NCBI GenBank assembly: GCA_002256025.1
Contig: NKIB01012863.1
Location: forward strand, 48,864 to 68,863
Reading direction: 5' to 3'
Length of the DNA: 20,000 nucleotides
Source of the DNA: Asterionella formosa
Taxonomy: Eukaryota
Each line of letters begins with the position of its first letter. The stretch's first letter is position 1. The position numbers and the translations under genes are program-made. The notes beneath the pieces were generated by a model, which saw only the letters and a program-made list of their open reading frames with translations, did not search any database and was not told where the DNA came from. Below are positions 1 through 9,561 of this stretch, piece by piece.

Positions 1-50
1 ATCATTACGAAACCATAATACCAACCACCACGAAGCCAGACTTTACCATC

Positions 51-1328
51 ATGAGAATCTTGTTCCTGTTGCTGTCCTCTCTATTGTTCCAATCATCAGT
101 GGTTAATACTTCCTACGCCTTTAATGCTCGTAGTATCAATCCACATTGGTCGTCGAGGTTGAACTCGATTGCTGTCCCTTCCTCCCAATTGGAAGAAACG
201 CTAACATCTGCCGAACGATCCATCACGTCAGTCGTACGCCGTTGTGGTCCAAGTGTTGCCTTCGTGACTAGCGTGTTGCCCATTGCCACGAGACAATCAA
301 CAGCTGTTTCCAATCGACCTCCTCAAGGTCGAGGATTGGGATCGGGATCTGGCTTTATCATTGATGCCAATGGGTACATTGTCACCAATTTTCATGTCAT
401 TGAACGAGCATATCAAATTATTCAGCAAGAACAACAATCTACACAATGGTTGAAGGAATCAGTTGACACCGTCACACAACAATGCAGTGTGCTTGGAAGT
501 GTCATTAATTCCACATTTCAACAAATCCCTATCACTGTTCCACTGCCACAGGTGTTTGTTAGAATCAATTCTGCATCTCAGTATAAACGTTGTCGGATTG
601 TAAGTGTTCAACCTGAATTGGATGTGGCAGTTTTGAAAATCATCAATACGACAACGGCAGATCGATTGTCTACTGTAGCATTTGGTAGTTCCGGATCATT
701 GTTGGTGGGACAGTCCTTGGTGGCCATTGGCAATCCCTTCGGATTGGATCAAACGGTCACGACAGGAGTCGTGTCTGCGTTGGATCGAGAAATTGCCACT
801 TCCACTTCTGGGAAAATTCGAAATTGCATTCAAACAGACGCGTCTATCAATCCAGGCAATTCTGGTGGTCCATTGCTTAATTTAAATTCACAAGTTGTGG
901 GGATCAATACAGCCATTGTAACGACATCCGGTTCTAGTGCTGGCATTGGATTTGCAGTACCGTCGGACAAGATTGAACCTGTGGTGCGAGACATGATTCG
1001 TAAAGATAAGGCGGAACAAGGATTACGTCCAAAAATGGGCTTTCTAGGTGTTACTATTATTAAGGGCAAATCTGGAAACTGGATCAATTCGGTTGCTCCT
1101 GGTTCTCTTGCAGAAATGGCAGGTCTCCGAGGAATCCAAACCAGCGTCGAAACTGGGTTGCTATCTTTTGGAGACTCCATTGTTGCCATTGGTGGTAAAG
1201 CGGTGGAGTCATATGTTGAATTAGAACAAGAACTACAATCTCGAGTTCGAGACGAAGAAGTTGCCATCACCTTGCAAAATGCAAAAGGGGAACGAAGGAT
1301 TTCGTATATCAAGCTTGGATCAAAGTAG
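51..1328 (+). CDS. Deg/HtrA (DegP-like) trypsin-type serine protease with C-terminal PDZ domain, probably plastid-targeted
   Basis: 425-aa ORF with GSGFII, TNFHV (His), ELDVAV (Asp), AIGNPFGL, IQTDASINPGNSGGPL (Ser), GIGFAVP, and a PDZ-like C-terminus (LGVT...SLAEMAGL...GDSIVAIGG). Hydrophobic N-terminal signal followed by SYA-F and a Ser-rich segment. Confidence 0.93.
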   Translation: MRILFLLLSSLLFQSSVVNTSYAFNARSINPHWSSRLNSIAVPSSQLEETLTSAERSITSVVRRCGPSVAFVTSVLPIATRQSTAVSNRPPQGRGLGSGSGFIIDANGYIVTNFHVIERAYQIIQQEQQSTQWLKESVDTVTQQCSVLGSVINSTFQQIPITVPLPQVFVRINSASQYKRCRIVSVQPELDVAVLKIINTTTADRLSTVAFGSSGSLLVGQSLVAIGNPFGLDQTVTTGVVSALDREIATSTSGKIRNCIQTDASINPGNSGGPLLNLNSQVVGINTAIVTTSGSSAGIGFAVPSDKIEPVVRDMIRKDKAEQGLRPKMGFLGVTIIKGKSGNWINSVAPGSLAEMAGLRGIQTSVETGLLSFGDSIVAIGGKAVESYVELEQELQSRVRDEEVAITLQNAKGERRISYIKLGSK

Positions 1329-1436
1329 AGTGCACAATGCATTCTACTACTTACTCACCTAAAGTGGAACGAAGGATTTCGTATATCAAGCTTGGATTAA
1401 AATAGATTGCACAATGCATTCTACTACTTACTCACC
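1284..1436. repeat. Direct tandem duplication with a 77-bp period, spanning the Deg stop codon and 3' UTR
   Basis: 1284-1359 and 1361-1436 share aacgaaggatttcgtatatcaagcttggat...tgcacaatgcattctactacttactcacc, with about 4 substitutions. Confidence 0.95.
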
Positions 1437-1452
1437 AAACAACTATAGAGGA

Positions 1453-2124
1453 CTATAGAGGCTGCTCAAGGACGAAGAGACTAGGGGTCTTCATGATACG
1501 AATCAACTTGGATGAACCATCCTTGTCGGTTACCTCACCTATGAATATATAGTCCCAGACACCACCACCACTGATTTCTTTTTGTACAAGCGTTTGACCA
1601 AATAGTCGTACGGTTGATTCCAGAAATTTCACACTATTGCGACGACCACTCTTCGCTGCTCTCGTTGCTCGGAGAGAAATTTCTAACGGCCCAAATTGAA
1701 CAGCGTTGATAAATGTTTCATCATTTACAAATTCTTGTGTCACTCTTCCATAAAAGGGCCCAACCAGTCGACCTGACGACCCTCCTGGTGCTGCACTATA
1801 GACCATGGCATGAATGCCGCGTAGAGGTCGTTGGGTGGGATTTTTGTCGGAGAGTGACTCTAATGTTTTGGCTAGTTCTTCCAACTTATTTTGGTCTTCT
1901 TTTGATGCGAATGATCCAACAGGGCCAATCTTTCTGGACATGGCAAGAACTTCTTGAACAAGTTCATCTCGATCCGTCTTCGAGGGGAAACTACGAAAAA
2001 TCTTGCTTGGCGTGAAGCTCTGATTCATGGCCGAAGATTTTTGTCCTGCTAATGGGGAATGAAAGGCACAACTACAAGTAGCCATCAAAATCAAGGCAGA
2101 ACATAGGATAAATCGAATTGTCAT
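1453..2124 (-). CDS. PAP/fibrillin-family plastid lipid-associated protein
   Basis: First ATG at 2124 (MTIRFILCS...). Signal peptide ending CSCA-FHSP (ASAFAP-like). N-terminal helices (ASKEDQNKLEELAKTLE...NP..L.G...MVYS) are followed by beta strands ending in GGGVWDYIF...IRIMKTPSLFVL, the fibrillin/lipocalin-like layout. Confidence 0.72.
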   Translation of the reverse strand: MTIRFILCSALILMATCSCAFHSPLAGQKSSAMNQSFTPSKIFRSFPSKTDRDELVQEVLAMSRKIGPVGSFASKEDQNKLEELAKTLESLSDKNPTQRPLRGIHAMVYSAAPGGSSGRLVGPFYGRVTQEFVNDETFINAVQFGPLEISLRATRAAKSGRRNSVKFLESTVRLFGQTLVQKEISGGGVWDYIFIGEVTDKDGSSKLIRIMKTPSLFVLEQPL

Positions 2125-2446
2125 CTCCAACGCGTCGTTTTGAAGATGCGGCTCAATCAATTCGTATGATCCTTTTTGATGGAATCGAATCGATTCAATG
2201 TGTGTGAGGAATGATCAATGATTTTGTAATATCTCATATATTCACAAAGGACTGTTTTGCAGCTTGATCATACCGGTAGAATAAAAATGCTGTGCGTGGT
2301 CGTCCCACGGCCACTATTTGTACAACACACTATATGTACCATTCTCCTATGTAGGAGTTCATAAATGTCCCCATCCTCATACCTCGTCATTTGCTTTTTC
2401 GTCGTGTCATCGTCCCAACAAGGATGAAAATCTCATTCTCCTTGTT

Positions 2447-2670
2447 ACTGGTACTCCCTGGTACCAGGTACCACCTTGTACCGTACAAGGTGGTTATGGC
2501 ATAGGGTACCTGGTACCTGCAAGTTGCGGTCATTTTGCTTAAACTAACATTTTAATCTGGAATAAAGATAGCTAAATCTTTATTTTCAGCAAAAATACCG
2601 CAACTTGCTGGTATTTAGAGTACCGATAGTACCGTTGCCTGTACTACTACCTGGTACCAGGTACCTGGGA
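2447..2670. repeat. Cluster of GGTACC(A/T)GGTACC palindromic motifs, including a perfect 12-bp-arm hairpin
   Basis: ggtaccaggtacc at 2460-2472 and its inverse ggtacctggtacc at 2505-2517; accaccttgtac-c-gtacaaggtggt at 2470-2494; tacctggtaccaggta at 2648-2663. Confidence 0.85.
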
Positions 2671-3095
2671 CTGGTGTGCATAAACTTTCCATCTCATAAT
2701 TATATCACACTACGTCCCCCAACAATTTTTATTGTTCCCCTACATTCGGTTAGGCTGTGGTTCGTTATTCTTGTTGATCTGCGGTTTCGGTCTTGCTTCT
2801 ACATGCGTGTTTTAGTCGTACTGGTTAACTCTTTGTCGTTGTTACCAGTGGTAAATACATACGTGTAATCAAACAGTTGTCACAAGATACGTCGTACACA
2901 TGATAATTCACGTGCGTTTTCACGTGATCATATTTAACGTACCAGCTACCAGCTACCAGGGGTACCCTCAACTGACGAAAGGAAGAAGCCGCCGACAAGG
3001 AAAGCTAAAATGGCACGACCTGAGCGATTACGTTTTGGCTACCGGTAACATATTTAGAAAGCATCCATAAAAAGAAAAATATTCTATATGCTATT

Positions 3096-4136
3096 ATGGC
3101 AATTGTAATGACTGGCTCCAGAAGTGCAAATGGCGAAGAACGCGAGGATGCGGATGAGTTCTGCTTGCGTGAGAAACGTGCGGAAGAGGAACGACGAGAC
3201 TTGGATGGTTCGAGTGAGGTGACAATGCCAAGTGCGGAGGAAGCGAACATAAAGGAGGCAACGACAATGATTGTCATGAGAGAACCGCACGATGTACCAC
3301 ATCCATCGACTTGGCCGAATCATCCCATTCTGCTTTGTGTCAACACCCCGGTTTCTCCGCACCTACAGGTTCCAACGTTTGGGACTGGACCATGTCCAAT
3401 TGGTGTGCCATTCCCGTTTCATTCGGAACTCTTTGAAGGGCATTGTCTGGTTAGACTTAAGGATGTGGCAAGTGATGACGTCAAGGGTGACGAAGACTAT
3501 TTTCGCGGTCGCAGACGACTTTTTCAAATGATTGTGCAAGGACGTTTTAAGGAGCCCTTGGTCGTGTCTGATGTGCTGACTGGTCACGAGTTTGGGCGGC
3601 CACTGAAGCACTTGCCACATGCTTGGGTGATCTCTGCTGGAACAACGCTAATTGGAACACTGGCACCAGGAGCTGACATTAGAGTTGGAACAGAACAACC
3701 CTCGTGTATGGCAATTTTGGCAGCCACATCTCAGACAGTACGTGTAGATCCAAAGGGAATGCAACCTGATATAACAAGTGCCGACATTCAGGAGGACTGC
3801 ACCATCTTGGGTGGCGCTTTCCAAAACCGAACCATGACTGCTTCCGGTCGCAAAAAGCTGCTGTCACAGCCAAACCGTTCCAAAGATTACACCTTTGATA
3901 CGGAATCGGTGTATACGTTTGATTTTTACCAGTCACTTTTGGATGTGAGTACATATTCCTTAGACGTGGGTTTTGCCAAGCTTGGCTTGACGCCTGTCTT
4001 GGATGGCCAACCCATACAGTGTCTAAGCAAGACTAGGGATGGAAGGTACCTTTGGTCGTTTCAACTTTGGCACGAAAAGCTCTTGCCAAACAACATTGAA
4101 CCGGATGCAATAATGCCACCAACAACAAGCTCGTGA
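3096..4136 (+). CDS. DUF1769-like conserved protein
   Basis: Intronless 346-aa ORF with P.GVPFPFHSELFEG..LVRL, YFRGRRRLFQMIVQGRFK, TGHEF.RPL..LP, YTFDFY and LDGQPIQ, which I recognise as DUF1769-type motifs. The start may be a nearby in-frame Met. Confidence 0.75.
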   Translation: MAIVMTGSRSANGEEREDADEFCLREKRAEEERRDLDGSSEVTMPSAEEANIKEATTMIVMREPHDVPHPSTWPNHPILLCVNTPVSPHLQVPTFGTGPCPIGVPFPFHSELFEGHCLVRLKDVASDDVKGDEDYFRGRRRLFQMIVQGRFKEPLVVSDVLTGHEFGRPLKHLPHAWVISAGTTLIGTLAPGADIRVGTEQPSCMAILAATSQTVRVDPKGMQPDITSADIQEDCTILGGAFQNRTMTASGRKKLLSQPNRSKDYTFDTESVYTFDFYQSLLDVSTYSLDVGFAKLGLTPVLDGQPIQCLSKTRDGRYLWSFQLWHEKLLPNNIEPDAIMPPTTSS

Positions 4137-4431
4137 AATGGGTCTCGATTCTCTGACTGCCCAAGACATTGTTTCCATGGAGCTCATACACTATTTTAGT
4201 GTTGCCACAATTTTTGAAAGAAAGAAACGTTTCAACCCTTGAGACTTCATATTATTCTGATTTCTTTTTTCTCGACAGTTCTACCGGTAGTATAACTGGG
4301 ACTGTTGTAAAATGGCTGAAATGTCTAAATGAGCAGGAATGTAGCAAACAAACAGTCTAAAGAAGATATTCACACAGTTTTCTCACAGTGACACCCAAAA
4401 ACTACTTTCATTCATACCATCTATCGCAAGT

Positions 4432-5121
4432 CTACCACTTGAATATCTTTAGTGGTGCCAATTGTCCCAAATAGCTATCTGGCGACAGCCGTGCACCCAT
4501 ACCGGCCAAAATCATGTGAAATCCAGCTTCAGGGATTTTTTGATAAGCGGCCTCGAATAATGGTGCCGGCAAGTTCCATCGAATGACACCCCAACTGGCA
4601 TCGGCCCAATCTGCCTTGCGAACGGCATTGACTATGTCGTTTATCGCCTCTGAGCTACCCCCGTTGTAAGGGGTAACTTTGTGGTGCCACAAAATGATTT
4701 CTTTGGCAATATCAATCTGTTCTTGATCCCAAATACCTTCCTTTCGAACATGGAGTTCCATTTGTGCAACACTAGGATCAATATAATCCAGAGCACCATC
4801 AGTCCACAATGCAACATCATGAAAGGCAAGTGCCATGGCAACAATGTTCATGGCGTTGGGGTACACCTCGAATACCGATGGTGGAATGAAAAACTGAGTA
4901 AATGTCAAAACACGGAGGCAGTGGTTCCGGTAGGCTTCGAAATCAGCACCAATGTCTTCCTTTACCATTTTGAGTTCTCCGTCTAGCATATAATGCTGAT
5001 TGAAGACTCCAATATTGCTAAGATCGACACCAGTATCCAAACCGAAGAGCCATGGATTACTAACGGCAAAGGCCGATAATAATACAACGAAGCTGGCACC
5101 CAGAATGGCAGCAATCATCAT
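4432..5121 (-). CDS. HD-domain (metal-dependent phosphohydrolase-like) protein of bacterial type with an N-terminal hydrophobic leader
   Basis: 229-aa intronless ORF with the HD-superfamily order H (YRNHCLRV) ... HD (AFHDVALW) ... HH (WHHKV) ... D (RKADWAD), followed by P.AGFH. Confidence 0.75.
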   Translation of the reverse strand: MMIAAILGASFVVLLSAFAVSNPWLFGLDTGVDLSNIGVFNQHYMLDGELKMVKEDIGADFEAYRNHCLRVLTFTQFFIPPSVFEVYPNAMNIVAMALAFHDVALWTDGALDYIDPSVAQMELHVRKEGIWDQEQIDIAKEIILWHHKVTPYNGGSSEAINDIVNAVRKADWADASWGVIRWNLPAPLFEAAYQKIPEAGFHMILAGMGARLSPDSYLGQLAPLKIFKW

Positions 5122-5569
5122 GGCATGAAGGATCTGGAGGAAAAGATTGATGTGATCTGAAGCGAGGAAACGGTACTGGTACCGAATTTGCTTTCGGATC
5201 TGCTCTTCGAGTTCAGGCTGAAACTTACGGAGCCCGAAATGCGAAGATCGAATATTGCGAAGCTATCGCGGCAAAATCTTCGATCTTCTTATTCGGGAAA
5301 TTTTATGGCCATCTTACGGTCCCAATGATTAAATAGTACGTCAATCCATACGTCAAACGACCGATCTCGAGAATTAAATTTATTTCCTACATGAAAATTA
5401 GTACCGGTAGTCTCGTCCGTAGGAATATTCTAGTAATAAATGAAAATGAAAATTGTCAACACTCAATGCTCCATCACCATCGTTGCTGTTGTTGTATGGT
5501 GATTGGCCTTCACATCAGCCTATCTCCTTTCTCCTCTGCTCCCACCACCAGCATCCCCCTATTATCACA

Positions 5570-6200
5570 ATGGCGACTCAAGGACCAACGGAATACTCAA
5601 CTGAGGAGGAGCATTCCTTTTGCGACTGTATTCGATATTGGATAGGCGGCCCCATTCAATTAATTGCACATGCTTCGAAGTGTGCAGATTGCCATTATAT
5701 TTGCTGCTGGTTGTGAAATTTAACACAGGTTTGCATCTAGTAGGGAGGAGAAGAAATTTCGAGATATGGCTGAAGCGTATTTTCGAATTCTGGATGAAGA
5801 CCTTGAGGATGATACATGTGATACTGCCATAAAAACTCAACTGAAATACTATGCATGGGGGTCCAAGGATAAATCGAGCATGACTGGCGATACCTTATGG
5901 AGAAAGTGGCAGGAGATTAGAAACAAAGTTCGCAACAGTATCATTTCTAGTTCAAACATCGCCCAGGATTTGCACAAACTTCCAAGTGGACAAGGTTTGA
6001 AGGTTTGAAGGATGCATATTTCAAATTTGTCTGCAATATTTACAAGCAAAGTTTCCAAAAGAAGAATCCAATTTGTCAAATCATGATTGATGGAGTAGAT
6101 CTACCTGGTCAATCAACCAGCATTTGGTGTTGTGGTGCTTGCTTTTCTATGCACAGCTCTGATGTTCAGGAACTAATTAGGCAACATGAATACTCATGAA
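5570..6200 (+). pseudogene. Degenerate second ORF (putative Myb/SANT-like DNA-binding protein) of the Harbinger element
   Basis: Frameshifted fragments, including TGDTLWRKWQEIRNKVRN...KLPSG, which resemble the trihelix/Myb-like segment of PIF/Harbinger ORF1. Convergent with the transposase relic. Confidence 0.45.
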
Positions 6201-6244
6201 TATATTTTACTAATATATAAAGTTACATAATATATATTAAGCTA

Positions 6245-7330
6245 TCTTACTAACTTGCTTGTTACTACATCTTTCACGAAATTCTTCATAATGATCAACA
6301 AGTAGTTGAACTCTATTCCACCATTGACGTTGTTTACCCCCAGCAACTATTTCATTCAAGAAGTTGCTGTGTGAAGTAACATGCAATTCCATGCAGTCAC
6401 CTCACACAGCAGTATGCGCAACATGCTGTGTGTCAGAACTTTCACAGTCAAGGTAACCATCACTTTCTAATAGATTGTTATGGAGCATACAGCATGATGT
6501 GAACGCATTTTCGATACTACTATACTCAGGTCGAGACAAGTTGTGCTTGTCATTTCTTGTTCCTGGGTGTAGGTAGTAGCTGATTGATAAAGTCTTTCTT
6601 CTGTGATCAGAAACCACCTCAAAAACAACTGAAGGATGCCACTTGGACCCTTTAAATATATTCTTCTGGTGGTAGGCAGGACATTGATTCCATCCAATGT
6701 GCACACAATTGACTGAGACTATACAACCAGGAAACCCAATGGAACTGTAATCATTTAGAATTCGTTGCAGTTGGTCATCATCTTCCTCTTCCTCTCTCAG
6801 TATGTATACATAGCTATTCATCCTTCTTTTCTGCAAACTTTGAAGTCCAGTGAAAGAAAAATTTTCGGTGTACTTCTTTAGAGATGTCAGTTTGAATGTA
6901 CACATACAAATGGAAAGCACCGGTTGCTAGAGTGTAGAGAACACCCACCAGGAGGAGCAACTCAAGGTCCTTGCACAGAAGATTGGTGCAATCTTTCCTG
7001 TGCAGATCATACCAACCATTTGATATAGTCATATCATGATACAGTTTCAAGAATATGTCGAATGGAATACGAAAAATTATGCGAAAGAGTCTTGCTTCTC
7101 ATGTGTTCATGTCCAATTGTAAGATGCACTTTTCGTTTGTTAGGAACTTCTTCCACCAGCATGACTCTTCTCTTGACACCAGAGGTTGTTTCTTTCTTTT
7201 TCGCTTAGCAGATGTTGTTGGATGGCGATTGCTGATTCCCTCTTTCAGATTGAACTTCCAAATGGAACTGAGAAACCAGCTCATTTTGCAACGCAGCTGG
7301 CAAGGCTGCTGGTAGTTGCCATGACAACCA
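6245..7330 (-). pseudogene. PIF/Harbinger (Plant_tran / DDE_Tnp_4-type) transposase pseudogene
   Basis: Frame 7284-6814 reads SCWWKKFL...[stop 7099-7101]...LFRIIFRIPFDIFLKL...LELLLLVGVL...ISKEVHRKFF. A frameshift leads to GFPGCIVSVNCVHIGWNQCP...VFEVVSDH...PGTRNDK, then directly to FTSCCMLHNNLL..DG. The first catalytic D appears as N and the DGGY/E block is missing. Confidence 0.85.
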
Positions 7331-8840
7331 TTGTTGCTTCCATGGCTGCAAGCACTGTTGATAATGTGCCAGAAAGGTTGATGATAGTGTTGGCGGAGTC
7401 GTCATGTTACAAATTATTATCATAATAAAAATATTAAAGTAAGATTTAATATATTAATAATATGTAATAATAATGACAATAATACTACAATAGAAGTATC
7501 GAAGTATTGAATACTATACTACGTTGCTTTTTGTAGTTTCAATACTGTATCACACCAAGACTCTGATTCAGATTATGATGTTTGGCTCTAATTGGTTCTG
7601 ATTCTGGTGTTTTGGAGACACTGTAGAAAAGGCCATTTTGAGTGGAATTTCTGGACAATGATAGCTTAACATTGGCTGGGGCTGAAGGCTTTTTAGAGAC
7701 ATAGGTAACCTTCAAATAGCATCAGTATATAACTTCTGGCGAGAAACTGCAGAAAAGAACTTGGTTTTTTACTTTGCCAAATAAAGTGATTTCCCCCGAA
7801 ATTTCTAGTCTTATTAGCATTGTAAAAAACGATGTTCATTTCTGCAGTTTCTCGCCAGATCCTATATCCTGACAATACTTAGTGTTGACCTATACCCCTA
7901 CTTGATCAATGACTGTATCTATGTAAGCATATGGAAAGGGTGTATATTGGTGAAAGCTCCGTTTAGCAATATACATTTATGTTTTACTTGTACGAAGTGT
8001 GTGTTTGAGTACTCTGACTCAATATTATGGTTTTTAACCCTACCTCTAAACTAGGGTTGAAATGCAGGAACCTTAGCTAAGCAAGTAAGTGTATCATACT
8101 GTAAAGTAGGATTCCTCATGCCACGACGTGTACTGACTCACTATGTATTGACTCAGATGGGACTTGGGTCGGAGAATTTAGCCAATCAATGGGATCCAAT
8201 TCAACACCTCAAAAATGACTCAGTAGGTACACCCAGGAATCATCAAGGCTCGCTCGTCGATGAAAGCCACCATACATAACGGCACTCTGTACCTGGTACC
8301 ATACCAGGTACCGTTGGTACATGATATAAGTGCAGTACCTGGGAGTACCAGTTACCGGTACTTATTTGCTTCCCAGTTCTCCTCATCGTTATGGCACAGG
8401 AGAGGAGCTCCACATAAGTTGCTTTCGTCACCAACTTCGGTTTATGCATCATTGGCTGGAACAAATAACAAGGGTCCATCAAGTCGGGCAGAGTACAATG
8501 AACCCTGGTAACAAGGACCCGGTTTTTCCACCTGTGCCAGGTCCGTGAAAATTTCACCCCACCCCACATGATTATCAGCATGCATGCTTTATTTTGCTTG
8601 CGTTGCAGATTTGCGCTTGTTATGCTTACAGCGCTAGCTACACAGCTACACCCGTTGCTATTATACATAGCTAGGTTTTGTTCGACTCAAGCAACAAGTC
8701 AGCTAATACCTGTTTGCTGGCAGCATCTGACGAAACAAGCAGACTAATTTTGCTGCTCACAGTTGCCATTAAGCCCTAGTTTGTTATTTCCTCTCTTGTT
8801 ACTACTCGTTTCTTCACGCTGTCGAGCAATCAGAATTACC

Positions 8841-9561
8841 ATGACACGATCCACATGCCTCGTCGCTGCTGTCCTCATGGGATCCGCTTCTGCTTGGGTT
8901 CCTTCTGTTTCCTCTCGGAGATCGACGCAACGGCAAATGGGTCTGTTCGACGGAGTCAAGGAAGCCTTTTCTGCTCCTGCTCTTGAAAAATCGACGATTA
9001 GTTCCGAACGAGAGACACCTATTGATCGATGGATGGGGTGGTCGGTGGTGTCGGAAAATGTGCCTCAACAACAAGCTAGTAAGTTTGCACAAGCCCTTGT
9101 GCTTGTTGGAGCATTATATTCTCTCCTGCGACCCTGACTGTTCCACTCATCAGCTTCTAACACCTTGTTCCTTGCGATTCACAGCTCCCGCAGACTTTGT
9201 GGACTCCATGGACTCCAAAAACTACATCGCCGTGGAGTTGCAAAAACCAATGGGAATTGTCTTTGAAGAAAACGACGAAGACTTTGGTGGCATTTTCGTG
9301 CAAGCCTTGAAGGAGGGCGGCATTGCAGCAGCACATGGAGTTGTGCAACCAGGAGATCAATTGGTGGCAGTGGACACCACGAAGGTGTCTGGCATGGTGT
9401 TTGATGATGCACTGGGGAAAATTGTTGAGGCCAAGGGTGAAACGACCAAATTGACCTTGTTTCGAGGATCGGCCAAACAATTCTATGGTCCGACAGGTGC
9501 GAGTCAGGCGTGGTTGGATGAGTTTGTGGCGGGAGGATCAGTTTCCCCCTCGTCAGCGTAG
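8841..9561 (+). CDS. Plastid-targeted PDZ-domain protein (2 exons: 8841-9078, 9185-9561; 204 aa)
   Basis: Signal peptide ...[10 protein letters not shown] (ASAFAP variant) followed by a transit-like segment. The GTAAGT...ACAG intron joins in frame. PDZ motifs [41 protein letters not shown]. Confidence 0.88.

Larger units (their letters stand above)
5450..7450. mobile_element. Decayed PIF/Harbinger DNA transposon (boundaries approximate, TIRs not identified)
   Basis: Transposase relic plus a convergent accessory ORF relic, low CpG content and AT-rich flanks. Confidence 0.7.

Noticed and set aside
830..1342. 170-aa antisense ORF over the Deg gene, and similar antisense ORFs over other genes
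   Set aside because: Shadow frames of well-supported coding sequences, with no motifs of their own.
2447..2670. Possible CRISPR-like repeat array from the palindromic motifs
   Set aside because: No constant repeat length or regular spacers, no cas genes, and a eukaryotic context.
8033..8063. Short inverted repeat ttaacccta...tagggttga with telomere-like words
   Set aside because: Only one unit per arm and no tandem array; could be chance or a TE hairpin, and cannot be supported.
8243..8668. 141-aa minus ORF and other short ORFs containing 'VPGT/YQVP/YLVP' peptides (also 2318-2868, 11046-11456, 15249-15503)
   Set aside because: The shared peptides are translations of the non-coding GGTACCAGGTACC motif, not protein homology.
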